A stretch of DNA of 50,377 nt from a virus (taxonomy: Duplodnaviria; Caudoviricetes), in IMG/VR virus record IMGVR_UViG_3300025518_000025, positions 1 through 50,377 of that record. The stretch is one strand, 5' to 3'. The notes under the pieces were generated by a model. That model was given only the letters and a program-made list of their open reading frames with translations. It was not told the origin of the DNA and made no database searches. The position numbers and the translations under genes are program-made. Shown here in pieces: positions 1 to 8,942 of the stretch. Position 1 is the stretch's first letter. Every line of letters begins with the position of its first letter.

Positions 1-1281
1 ATGAATAAGATTTTTGAAAAAATTAGAAACGTACACTTAAACGTACACTTTTTGCAATCTCGAAAAAAATATACAATCGCGTTCTATACTGGAGGAATAA
101 AGCTTACAGAATGGAATGACCTGTCTAAAAACCAACAAAAAAAAGTATTAGAAAAAGAATGGTACCTGAGATGGTCATATAGAGATCCTAAAACACATAA
201 GCTTGTTCGTCAAAATAACATAAAAGCTGGCGTTAATTATTATAAAACAAAAAGTGAACGACTTCAAGTTTTAAATACGTTTAAGCATAATTTAGAATTA
301 CTTTTAGATGGTGGTTACTCCCCTTTCAATAAAGAAATTGAGAATTTTTCAATTGAAAAACAATACACAACAAATGAAGCTCTCGATTTTGTTTTGAATT
401 TAAAGAAATCAACTGTATCAAATAGGACCTATAACGATTATTCGTATGAAGTTGAGAAGTTTAAGAAGTACCTTGAAAAACATTTATTATTAGATTCTAG
501 CATACAGAACATCAATAAAAAAGTTGTTGTAAGTTATCTGAACAATATTTTAAAAGAATCATCTGCAAGAACCAGGAATAATTCCAGGTCTAATTTAAGT
601 TCTCTGTTTACTATAATGAAAGATAATTTTATTATTGAAAGTAACTTTATTAAAACAGATGTTTCTAAACTTACAACTTTAGGTAAGATTGACAGAACAA
701 TTTCGAATGATTTATTAAAAAGTATTTCAAATGATTTAAAAGTAAATGATCCTACCCTACTATTATATATAAAGTTTGTGGCCTATAACTTCTTAAGACC
801 TATTGAAGTTAATAGGTTAATTATTAAAAACATCGATTTAAAAGAAAAGCGTATCTATTTTAAAGCCAAAAACAAGCAGAATTTCAAAATTAAGCGTATT
901 CCTGATATTTTAGTGAATGAATTATTAGCCTTGAATTTAGATAAATATAATCCGGATGATTTTTTATTTACACCTTCCGGTATTCCTGGGAAATGGGATA
1001 GAGACGATAATGGAAGAAGAGAATATTATACAGGTAAATTTAAGGAAAGTATAAAAGATAAATTTAATTTAGGTGCTGAATACGGTATTTACAGTTTTAG
1101 ACATACCTACATCACTAATTTATTTCGTACTTATCGTAAAACAATGCCATTTAACACAGCTATTGATGCTTTAATGCCAATTACAGGCCATACATCTAAA
1201 GAAGGGTTAATTAACTACATTCATAAAATAGATGCTGATATACCAGCTGATTGGAGTGCTGATTTAGAATTTATTTTGTAA
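1..1281 (+). CDS. int: Tyrosine recombinase / phage integrase
   Basis: Catalytic-type motifs FLRPIEV (R), YSFRHT (HxxR-like), TGH and a C-terminal Tyr; SAM-like core region (TRNNSRSNLSSLF); 426 aa. Confidence 0.92.
   Translation: MNKIFEKIRNVHLNVHFLQSRKKYTIAFYTGGIKLTEWNDLSKNQQKKVLEKEWYLRWSYRDPKTHKLVRQNNIKAGVNYYKTKSERLQVLNTFKHNLELLLDGGYSPFNKEIENFSIEKQYTTNEALDFVLNLKKSTVSNRTYNDYSYEVEKFKKYLEKHLLLDSSIQNINKKVVVSYLNNILKESSARTRNNSRSNLSSLFTIMKDNFIIESNFIKTDVSKLTTLGKIDRTISNDLLKSISNDLKVNDPTLLLYIKFVAYNFLRPIEVNRLIIKNIDLKEKRIYFKAKNKQNFKIKRIPDILVNELLALNLDKYNPDDFLFTPSGIPGKWDRDDNGRREYYTGKFKESIKDKFNLGAEYGIYSFRHTYITNLFRTYRKTMPFNTAIDALMPITGHTSKEGLINYIHKIDADIPADWSADLEFIL
27..50 (+). repeat. Perfect 12-bp tandem repeat AAACGTACACTT x2 inside the int 5' end
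   Basis: Copies at 27-38 and 39-50. Confidence 0.9.
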
Positions 1282-1302
1282 AAAAACCACTCAAAAGAGT
1301 GG
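1280..1302 (-). terminator. Intrinsic terminator between the convergent int and lysis genes
   Basis: CCACTC-AAAA-GAGTGG hairpin; the A-tract at 1280-1286 is a U-tract on the minus strand. Confidence 0.8.
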
Positions 1303-1325
1303 CTCATTTATAAATTTCAGTATTA

Positions 1326-1946
1326 TTATTTCTTTTGATCTATAACAAATGTTTGTGATGTTCCGCACTTATCATTTATAGTAACCTCTGTATATTTCCT
1401 GCCAAATAGTTTAGATTTTATAAATAAAAACTTCCATTGTTTCCTTTCTGTATGCGTAACAACGTCTGAAGTATTCTTGAATATTCTCTCGGTTATGCTC
1501 AACTTCAAAACGTCATCAGCATACATTATATTACCTTTAATTGTCAAACACTCGTTTGTGTCTATAATAGGTACGTTTATTTCATTTTTAGTTTTAATAG
1601 CATCAAGAACAGGTTGTAAGTCGGTATTAACAACTGTAGTATCTTTATATGATAGTTTTGTTGTAATTATTTTCTGTACATTTTTAATTGCAATTTTATT
1701 TTCTTGTAAGAATTTCTGTAAATCTTGTCTATTGTACTCAAGATACTCCTTTAATTCTTGCTTGGTGTATGTTTGTTCTGCATATCTGGTACTATCATAT
1801 TTTACAATTTGAGTTATATTCTCAGACAAACGATGAATTTCCTTTTGTTGCCGTTGATTTTCTTTTATAAAATAAATAATTAATACGATTGCTAATGCAT
1901 AAAAAACAATCTTAATATTTTTTAATATTACTGTAATTGGAATCAT
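1326..1946 (-). CDS. Putative spanin-like lysis accessory protein
   Basis: N-terminal TM helix followed by coiled coil; last gene of the lysis block. Confidence 0.55.
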   Translation of the reverse strand: MIPITVILKNIKIVFYALAIVLIIYFIKENQRQQKEIHRLSENITQIVKYDSTRYAEQTYTKQELKEYLEYNRQDLQKFLQENKIAIKNVQKIITTKLSYKDTTVVNTDLQPVLDAIKTKNEINVPIIDTNECLTIKGNIMYADDVLKLSITERIFKNTSDVVTHTERKQWKFLFIKSKLFGRKYTEVTINDKCGTSQTFVIDQKK

Positions 1947-1984
1947 AACTATATTTATTTAGATGTTTTATATAGGTGTAAGTT

Positions 1985-2422
1985 TTATTTAATACGTGGT
2001 TCAGTAGTTATTATTAGAATTGCTTTTTTGTAAGGTTTTAACGCTTGATGAAAAGCATCCATAGTTTTTACACTATTGGTAATATCTAAATACTCATCTG
2101 CATTAAGTTTCTTGAGTGATTGACCAAGTGCTATACAGCCATTAAGCTGATGCCAATAATTAGCTGCATGAAACTTTGTCTCGGCTCGGTTTGGAACGCC
2201 TTTAATTTCCCATAAATCCTTTTTAAAACGATTTGACCACTCTATAACAACATCATACATACCTGACGGAATGCAACTAATATTATTTTCATTATTTCTC
2301 CAACCACGTTCTAAAGAAATGGAAGCAAATAATGGTTTGTTATTTTCTCCAAGCACTTTACAGCTTCCTAATGTTTGATTAGCATCTTGCCAATCTCTAT
2401 GTATTTTAATAATTGGTATCAT
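1985..2422 (-). CDS. DUF5675-like putative endolysin (L,D-transpeptidase-like)
   Basis: SCIPSGMY, GVPNR..FHAAN...GCIALG His/Cys motif; lies between the holin-like and spanin-like genes. Confidence 0.7.
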   Translation of the reverse strand: MIPIIKIHRDWQDANQTLGSCKVLGENNKPLFASISLERGWRNNENNISCIPSGMYDVVIEWSNRFKKDLWEIKGVPNRAETKFHAANYWHQLNGCIALGQSLKKLNADEYLDITNSVKTMDAFHQALKPYKKAILIITTEPRIK

Positions 2423-2814
2423 TTTATAGACAATTTCAGTTTGTCAAACTCTTTTTTTAGTTTATCATGTGCCGTTTGTAACTCATTATGTTTCTTTTCC
2501 CAATTTTTAGATTTTTCAATTTCTTTGTGATACAGCAAATTGATTTCATTAAATTGTAGTTGCAATTCTTTATTGTGTTGTTTTATAGAAGTAATTTCTA
2601 ACATCACTTCTTCCATTCTAGCTTTGTAATCTTCTAAAAAACCGTTGTACACTTCTTGCATACTTTTTAACGCATCAGAATCGTCTTTTTTAATGTTGGT
2701 TTCTTTGCTTTTTAACTCTAATTCTTTAGCTCGTTTACCCCCAAAAATATACGCTAATGGCACTCCTAAAAAACCGATAATAGTAACTAAATTGTCTAAT
2801 AAAAATTCTTTCAT
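2419..2814 (-). CDS. Holin-like membrane protein
   Basis: N-terminal TM (LVTIIGFLGVPLAYIFG) and coiled-coil tail; overlaps the endolysin start. Confidence 0.55.
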   Translation of the reverse strand: MKEFLLDNLVTIIGFLGVPLAYIFGGKRAKELELKSKETNIKKDDSDALKSMQEVYNGFLEDYKARMEEVMLEITSIKQHNKELQLQFNEINLLYHKEIEKSKNWEKKHNELQTAHDKLKKEFDKLKLSIK

Positions 2815-2847
2815 AATACGGTATTGTTAATTGATTTAATTAATTAT

Positions 2848-3183
2848 TTATTTAATATATTTTAGGAAAGAATACCACTTTCTTGTTTTAAGATACTCCA
2901 TATTATCTTGCTTACTATAAGCCTCTTTTTCCCAAGTAATACTCTTGTAAGCTAATCTAGTATTGCGGTATTTAATAATCCCTATTACATAATCTAAAAA
3001 ATAGAGAACGTAAAATAGAACTACTAATAGCTCCAACTGTTGTCTAATATGAATCTTTTCATGATTAATATTAATTTCTGTTGCAGTAGGTCTTAAGAAG
3101 ATAAAAGGGAATATTGTTATCCCTTTTACTCGCATAAAAATACTTACTAAGTCTGGTACTAAATTTCCTATTATTATTATCAT
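2848..3183 (-). CDS. Small HEXXH zincin-like membrane-associated protein
   Basis: GITIFPFIF...NHEKIH...WEKEAY motif plus a hydrophobic segment. Confidence 0.6.
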   Translation of the reverse strand: MIIIIGNLVPDLVSIFMRVKGITIFPFIFLRPTATEININHEKIHIRQQLELLVVLFYVLYFLDYVIGIIKYRNTRLAYKSITWEKEAYSKQDNMEYLKTRKWYSFLKYIK

Positions 3184-3202
3184 AATTAATTAATTTAAGT
3201 TA

Positions 3203-3982
3203 TTAAAAAGGTTGACAATGTCCTGCTATTACAGAACTAATGTATCCATTACTTGCAATTCTATAAGCATTACCATTATCTGCTTGATAATATAGATTAC
3301 CTCCATTTAAAGGTGTTGTAAGTCCTGAATTTGTGTAAACATAGTACCCTACTCTAGGGTAATGGTTTCCAATATCATTATGGTACATAGTAGTAAAATT
3401 AGAGAATCCACAAACTTCGCCTACACTTCCACCTGAGAGGGTAAGAATAAATGATTCTCCTGATGTTCCGACAGGAGTAGCTGCTATTGCATTACTATTT
3501 GCTGATGCATTATCTTTAAAATCTACTGCTACTATATAGTAGGTATAAATAGATCCATTTGTTAAAGAGCTATCTATATATGAGTTATTAGTGGTAGTTG
3601 TCAAAAAACTATAACTTCCTGTTCCTATTTTTCTATAAATAGCATAATGTTTTATACCACTTTGGTTGTCAGTGCTTGTATTCCAATCAAGAGTACAAGT
3701 GCCATTACCTGCAAATACATCATTTAATACAGGTGTTGTAGGAGCAGTAGTATCTGTATTTGTTACATTAACTTGTACACTATTAGTACAAGCTCCTGTT
3801 GATATAATAAAGAACGTTTGATAAGTAGGATCTATATTAGTTATAGAATACCCAGCCTCCAATTGAGCTCTAGTCACTCCACTTGCTAATATGGGACCAC
3901 TTATACTATTAGCTCTTATAGTATAGTTGTCTGTTGCACCTCCTGCAGGTGATTTTGTAAATGTTACAGTTTTATTTGCCAT
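3203..3982 (-). CDS. Fibronectin type III domain virion accessory protein
   Basis: DTTAPTTP..LDWNTSTDN..YAIYR..YYIVAVD FN3 signature. Confidence 0.8.
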   Translation of the reverse strand: MANKTVTFTKSPAGGATDNYTIRANSISGPILASGVTRAQLEAGYSITNIDPTYQTFFIISTGACTNSVQVNVTNTDTTAPTTPVLNDVFAGNGTCTLDWNTSTDNQSGIKHYAIYRKIGTGSYSFLTTTTNNSYIDSSLTNGSIYTYYIVAVDFKDNASANSNAIAATPVGTSGESFILTLSGGSVGEVCGFSNFTTMYHNDIGNHYPRVGYYVYTNSGLTTPLNGGNLYYQADNGNAYRIASNGYISSVIAGHCQPF

Positions 3983-3992
3983 ATACTAGTTA

Positions 3993-4946
3993 TTAATAAT
4001 AATCGTCGTGATACACTATTTCACTATTACCAGATTCAATTGATCCATTCCAAGTTCTAACGAAGTACCAAAATCTTTGATCGGATTCATACCCATTTGA
4101 CTGAAAACTAGTCAAAGTACTTGTATATTGTAATGTGAATGACCCTAAACTAGGTTGAGCTGCACCGATTGCTGTTATAGCACTATATGTTCTATAATTT
4201 ACAGCACCAGAAACAGGAGACCAACTCCACTTTTTAGACCAGCCATCAGGATAACTAACAGTAAATGGACCTGGAGGTGATAAGGAAGCTGCAGTAGTTG
4301 TAACATTAGCTGTACCGCTAAAATTAGTAGAAATGTTTCCTGAATTATCATAAGCTTTTACTTTAAGTGTATAAGCTGTGCTTGCTGTTAATCCTGTTAT
4401 ATTATAAGAAGTAGCTGTTCCTGTAGTTGTATACAACAATGTTCCCGCTGAATTGTAAATCTTATATCCAGCTATTCCGGAATGATCATCTGTAGATGCA
4501 TTCCAATCCAATGTTAAACTAGTAGAAGCTAAATTAGTGACTGTAGGAGTGCCTGATACATCTGTTGGATTGGTAGCATCTAAAGTAGTAGGTGTTACTG
4601 TATTACTAAAAGCTGCTGAATGATTACCTGCTGCATCATATGCCTTAACCTTATAACTCTGTTGTGTATATTGAGATAGTCCTGTAACATCTCTTAATAA
4701 AACATTCCCTACATCCCATAATAGAGTACCAGCTGAGTTATATATTTTATAACCAGTAACCCCTATATTGTCTGTAGCTGCATTCCATGTTAATCTCAAT
4801 GAAGTTCCTGTTATATTAGAAGTAGCTAATCCTGTTACATTAGAAGGAGCTGTATTGTCGGGATAAAATTCTACTCCTATAACTGCTAATGAACAAATTG
4901 GTCCCTTATAAATACTACTGGCAAGGATTCCTATTGGTATTGCCAT
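3993..4946 (-). CDS. Multi-FN3 domain virion accessory protein (probable start MAIPIG at 4946)
   Basis: Two chitinase-type FN3 repeats (LTWNAATDNIGVTGYKIY..VKAYDAAGN; LDWNASTDD..GYKIY..VKAYDNSGN) and a third degenerate one. Confidence 0.8.
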   Translation of the reverse strand: MAIPIGILASSIYKGPICSLAVIGVEFYPDNTAPSNVTGLATSNITGTSLRLTWNAATDNIGVTGYKIYNSAGTLLWDVGNVLLRDVTGLSQYTQQSYKVKAYDAAGNHSAAFSNTVTPTTLDATNPTDVSGTPTVTNLASTSLTLDWNASTDDHSGIAGYKIYNSAGTLLYTTTGTATSYNITGLTASTAYTLKVKAYDNSGNISTNFSGTANVTTTAASLSPPGPFTVSYPDGWSKKWSWSPVSGAVNYRTYSAITAIGAAQPSLGSFTLQYTSTLTSFQSNGYESDQRFWYFVRTWNGSIESGNSEIVYHDDYY

Positions 4947-4948
4947 AA

Positions 4949-5371
4949 TTATAATAATTGTAAATCTCCTGTTACTAACCAATCTGTTGCAGTAATCTTA
5001 ATTACTGATATAACAGAATATTGTTTTCTTGTAATTAATGTTTCAGCACTTCTAAGAGTTACACCACTACCAACTAAAGTAAGTTTTCCTGTTCCCCATT
5101 GTACAAAGTCATATCGATCTCCGATATTCGCTCCTGTATTAACAATAGTAGCATTACCAGCAGATGCTGAGTTATACACATGTAATGACCCTCTATTTGA
5201 AGCCGATACAGTAAAACTTGCAATGAAATCAGCAGGCATACCTTGTGTTAATGGTAAATAACTTGTATTATCCACATCTCCATTAGCTTTTAGAAATTGG
5301 AAGGAAGTTCCTCCCAATTTTTTGATAGCTCCATTTACAATTAAATCTGCTTCGATTTTCTTAACAGCCAT
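4949..5371 (-). CDS. Tail-fibre associated protein
   Basis: GGTSFQFLKANG repeat motif; C-terminal QWGTGKLTLV..YSVISVIK..WLVTGDL pattern typical of phage fibre tips. Confidence 0.6.
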   Translation of the reverse strand: MAVKKIEADLIVNGAIKKLGGTSFQFLKANGDVDNTSYLPLTQGMPADFIASFTVSASNRGSLHVYNSASAGNATIVNTGANIGDRYDFVQWGTGKLTLVGSGVTLRSAETLITRKQYSVISVIKITATDWLVTGDLQLL

Positions 5372-5373
5372 GA

Positions 5374-6450
5374 TTACCCTATAATTACGACTCTATATTG
5401 TCCGGATGTTGGTGCTACATTAAAATTAAAAGTAGCGGATGTATTAGTTGTAGCTAAAATTTCACAATCAATAATGTCATAAGGAGCGGCTTGTCTTATA
5501 ACCTGAGCGTGTATATCTCTAGTTCCTAAATTATGGGAAACCACATACGTTAAAGCAGCACCATCTCCAATAGCTTGTGAAAATTTTGCGACTGGCAATT
5601 TTGAGGCACTAAGGCCAAGGAAATTAACTAATTTCAATGGTGTAACAGCTTCGGTATCTTCTGTTGTAGTAACAGTCATCTTCGCAGCACTTGCTATTTT
5701 AATAATACCTGAAGTTGCTTCTGTGGCTGCAACAATATCTGGTATATTTTTATTGATAATAGTCCAATGTGCCAATGTAGTTGGATTAGTTTGTTTTGCG
5801 ATTATCATATCTCCAACCTGTACGTTTTCTGTAAAAAAATCGCCAGTAGCAGTTACTACATAAGTCCAACCTTGTTGTACAGTAATAGGAGTAGCATCTA
5901 ATAAAGGGGTGTTTGTAGCCGCATCATAACCACCTTTATACACTAAAGAACCGGCAACAGTTGTATTAATATCATTAATGAGTTGTAATATTTTAGAAGC
6001 AGAAAACAGCTCAGTATTAGAAGAACCTGAATCATTAATAATACGGTGTTTTGTGGCATCGCCAAGATGGGTATCAATTTGGGTATGTGTATTAGTTCCT
6101 ACGTTAGCTAAATCAGCATGGGCTAATTGTTGAAAGTTAGCTGCTGTAGCTCCTGATGCTCTTAATACCCACCCAACGGCTGCACCTGAAATAGTATGTT
6201 CAGCCCCTAAAGCTATATTAGTTGCAATTACGTGAGCTGATGGAGTACGTGCATTTGTTAGTCTAGTATCTATATCATCTACAACTGTAAGCCAAACAGT
6301 GCCATTAAAATACTTCACTTTTTTACTTACCGTGTTGTAATAAATTCTAGATTCTGTTCCTGTTGGGTCTGATGCTAAATTTTCAAGTTTAGCTTGTAAT
6401 AATTGATTTAACGCTAAATCGATGTCTGATAAAAAGATTTTTTTTGCCAT
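5374..6450 (-). CDS. Tail fibre-like protein
   Basis: LVYKGGYDAATNTP, ATEATSGIIKIAS and VSHNLGTRD fibre-type motifs; position in the tail block. Confidence 0.7.
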   Translation of the reverse strand: MAKKIFLSDIDLALNQLLQAKLENLASDPTGTESRIYYNTVSKKVKYFNGTVWLTVVDDIDTRLTNARTPSAHVIATNIALGAEHTISGAAVGWVLRASGATAANFQQLAHADLANVGTNTHTQIDTHLGDATKHRIINDSGSSNTELFSASKILQLINDINTTVAGSLVYKGGYDAATNTPLLDATPITVQQGWTYVVTATGDFFTENVQVGDMIIAKQTNPTTLAHWTIINKNIPDIVAATEATSGIIKIASAAKMTVTTTEDTEAVTPLKLVNFLGLSASKLPVAKFSQAIGDGAALTYVVSHNLGTRDIHAQVIRQAAPYDIIDCEILATTNTSATFNFNVAPTSGQYRVVIIG

Positions 6451-6454
6451 AATT

Positions 6455-8374
6455 TTAATTTAATACAGCAGTACCTATAAGTACAACTGAAAAGGTTATT
6501 GTTAAATTGTTGTTATCTAGATGAAGTACACTTCCTTCAATTTCGTTTCCAATGGTATCTATAATAGTTACAGATGGGTATTTGTTTAATTGATGGTTGA
6601 TACTCCATGTATCTGAAGGAATTGTTTGGGTGTGTATAAAATTAGCATCGGTAGGTGCGTTGTCTATGAGTTGGGTTATTAGACTATCTGCATAAGTATT
6701 GGCACTATTTAAAGTATTAGCATCAGCAGTTGCTTGTAAAGTAGAAACGGGTTTTGCTAAATCGCTTGTATTATCTACTTGGTCTAAACCAACCTGCGCT
6801 TTTGTAACTGCGTGTGGGTTGTCTGTTCTTGTTAAATGGTTAAGTAAATTGGTTGCATTGGTGCTTATCCACGTTACAGCATCGTCATAGGCGGTTTTTA
6901 ATTCTGTGGTAAAAATTGCTGTAATACTATCTAACTTTGTTTTTAAAGCATCAGTAAATGGATTGGTGTTTGCATTAGATTCGTATAAAGCTTTTACCTC
7001 ACTTGCTGTTATAGGTGCTAAATCCATACTCTCTTGCTCAGATAACTTACGGTAATCTGCCAATGTTCCTAAGATGGTTCCTAAATATTCATAATAAGCA
7101 TAACCGCTTGTAACAGTTGGATCTGCACTTGCATCATTAACATACTGTATAGCCATGTCTGATTGCGTTCCTTGTTCTGCTATAAGTTCAGTAATATTTA
7201 AATATCTATGTTCTATTGCAACAATATTTGGTTTGCCTGTCAGGTCTGTATAAGCGCCTGAAAAAGCTACTGGAGATAGATCGGAAGCGTTGGCTTTATC
7301 ACCTATACTATCTAACATTTCTTGTGTAATAGATTGTAAAATGCTTAAATTAGAATGTGTATGGAATACCGGTACTGAAACAGCTGGGGTTCCTTGCTGT
7401 ATTCTGATATTATCAACATGAATGGTACTTCCATTTTTATTGTTGCTAACAATCATCAAATCATACTCTTCATTATTCCACAATCCTCCAACTCTAAATG
7501 CTGTACCGGGAATTATAATAGTTTGCCATTGATTAATTAGATTAGCGTCAAAATTAAAAGAACCGTGAGTTACGTTTACTTCTCCAACCTTTAATGCAAC
7601 CGTATCAAACAATTGTAATATTAAGTTGTTTTTTCCTGCATCTTTACAAAAAACATCTAGCAAAACATTAGATAAATTAGAACCTAAGTATTTTGTTGTT
7701 GAATTTAAATTGAAAGCATTTTTACTTACAATTTTAACAGATTTTGTTCCGATAGAAGCTTGTTCTGTACTTGCTAAAATTACATTGGTAGGATTAGCTG
7801 TAGAGGTGTTTTTTTCTCCACCAACTTCTTGAAGATTTTCATTATACCATAAAATATTTGAAACTCCAGAGGGCTCTGTGGCACCGTTTGCAATGGTTAC
7901 AAATGTTAATTCTATTTGATGACCCCATTCTAAAACAGGTTTTGTACCTCCAGGTTCACCTTCTAATATAAATAAAGAACCATCTAAATCCGTATCGCCA
8001 TAAAAAACATCTATTCTTGAAAGTCCAGATGTGTTACTATTTGAAGTTAAAGTAAAACCATTAGAATAGTATAAAACATTATTAAATCTGTATACCAGAT
8101 TTTTAGTTCTATGAGATAGGCCTCCTATATATTCAATCGTTCCACTTACAATACCATTTACACCTACATTATAGTTAGATAATAAAGCTGAGTCTACTAT
8201 TTGTCTAACCGTAATGTATTCTGAAACTCCATCTATAAAAACACGAATTTTAGAATCAGCATTCAAATTATCTTGGTGGTTAAAATCGTCTGTTTTTTTG
8301 GTTTTGGCAATAATAGAATTTACAACAGTTGTTAACTCTATTACTTTTTGATTGAGTGCAGATAATAAACTCAT
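6455..8374 (-). CDS. Tail fibre / receptor-binding protein with carbohydrate-binding-like module
   Basis: NPHAVTKAQVGLDQVDNTSDLAKPVS fibre motif, VAFSGAYTDLTGKP, and CBM-like QWQTIIIP..HVDNIRI. Confidence 0.7.
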   Translation of the reverse strand: MSLLSALNQKVIELTTVVNSIIAKTKKTDDFNHQDNLNADSKIRVFIDGVSEYITVRQIVDSALLSNYNVGVNGIVSGTIEYIGGLSHRTKNLVYRFNNVLYYSNGFTLTSNSNTSGLSRIDVFYGDTDLDGSLFILEGEPGGTKPVLEWGHQIELTFVTIANGATEPSGVSNILWYNENLQEVGGEKNTSTANPTNVILASTEQASIGTKSVKIVSKNAFNLNSTTKYLGSNLSNVLLDVFCKDAGKNNLILQLFDTVALKVGEVNVTHGSFNFDANLINQWQTIIIPGTAFRVGGLWNNEEYDLMIVSNNKNGSTIHVDNIRIQQGTPAVSVPVFHTHSNLSILQSITQEMLDSIGDKANASDLSPVAFSGAYTDLTGKPNIVAIEHRYLNITELIAEQGTQSDMAIQYVNDASADPTVTSGYAYYEYLGTILGTLADYRKLSEQESMDLAPITASEVKALYESNANTNPFTDALKTKLDSITAIFTTELKTAYDDAVTWISTNATNLLNHLTRTDNPHAVTKAQVGLDQVDNTSDLAKPVSTLQATADANTLNSANTYADSLITQLIDNAPTDANFIHTQTIPSDTWSINHQLNKYPSVTIIDTIGNEIEGSVLHLDNNNLTITFSVVLIGTAVLN

Positions 8375-8395
8375 AATGAATCTGTTTTATGAAAA

Positions 8396-8403
8396 CAAAT
8401 ATA
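8396..8403 (-). promoter_or_regulatory. Bacteroidota -7 promoter element for the tail fibre/lysis block
   Basis: TATATTTG matches TAnnTTTG, 21 nt upstream of the ATG at 8374. Confidence 0.7.
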
Positions 8404-8409
8404 TAAAAT

Positions 8410-8442
8410 ATTCCTTATTTAGAATGATTCTAAATAAGGAAT
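8410..8442. promoter_or_regulatory. Perfect 33-bp palindromic operator (Fur-box-like), copy 1
   Basis: ATTCCTTATTTAGAAT-G-ATTCTAAATAAGGAAT, 16-bp arms. Confidence 0.8.
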
Positions 8443-8469
8443 TTATTGTTTTTGAAACGTTCTTTTTTG

Positions 8470-8477
8470 TAACTTTG
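8470..8477 (+). promoter_or_regulatory. -7 element for the divergent small genes
   Basis: TAACTTTG, 4 nt before the ATG at 8482. Confidence 0.5.
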
Positions 8478-8481
8478 AATT

Positions 8482-8694
8482 ATGGGTTTAATATTTTGGT
8501 TATTTGTAGTACTTGTAGGTGGTGGTTGGCTAATTGGCAAACTGCTTGGAGGCTTCTTATTTCCTGATAAAAAAGATGATAAATTTACATTTGTAGACAA
8601 ATCTGTGCATTATCACGAGCATAAAAGCATCAATATTATTGATGATACTACAAAAAAGAAGATATTTGAATTAAGAGAAAGTAATAAGAAATGA
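8482..8694 (+). CDS. Small single-TM protein (moron-like)
   Basis: Hydrophobic N-terminus; opposite strand to the late operon; overlaps the next ORF. Confidence 0.7.
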   Translation: MGLIFWLFVVLVGGGWLIGKLLGGFLFPDKKDDKFTFVDKSVHYHEHKSINIIDDTTKKKIFELRESNKK

Positions 8695-8903
8695 ACAAAG
8701 AAATAATAACAATTGCAGAAACACATCTGCCAAACGTTAATAATTTTAAAAACGACATGGTAAAAATATCGATTTTAAAAGGTAATTATGATATTAACCC
8801 TGCTGTTTTACCAATAGAAAGCAGTATGTATATAATTACATATCGTAAGAATACAGATCACTTAAATAATTTATTTTGGGAGTTTGTTTCTTTTAAAGAA
8901 TAA
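8691..8903 (+). CDS. Hypothetical protein (moron-like)
   Basis: ATGA-coupled to the previous ORF and followed by a terminator. Confidence 0.65.
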   Translation: MNKEIITIAETHLPNVNNFKNDMVKISILKGNYDINPAVLPIESSMYIITYRKNTDHLNNLFWEFVSFKE

Positions 8904-8932
8904 AAAAACCACTAATTAAAGTGGTTTTTTTT
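8902..8932. terminator. Bidirectional intrinsic terminator
   Basis: A7-CCACT-loop-AGTGG-T tract between convergent genes. Confidence 0.85.
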
Positions 8933-8942
8933 CTTATTGTTT

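Noticed and set aside
3203-8374. Diversity-generating retroelement or invertible fibre cassette
   Set aside because: No reverse transcriptase, invertase or TR/VR pair was seen; the repeats are FN3 domain duplications
8352-8567. 71-aa plus-strand ORF
   Set aside because: Non-ATG start; it runs across the promoter/palindrome region and overlaps two better-supported genes
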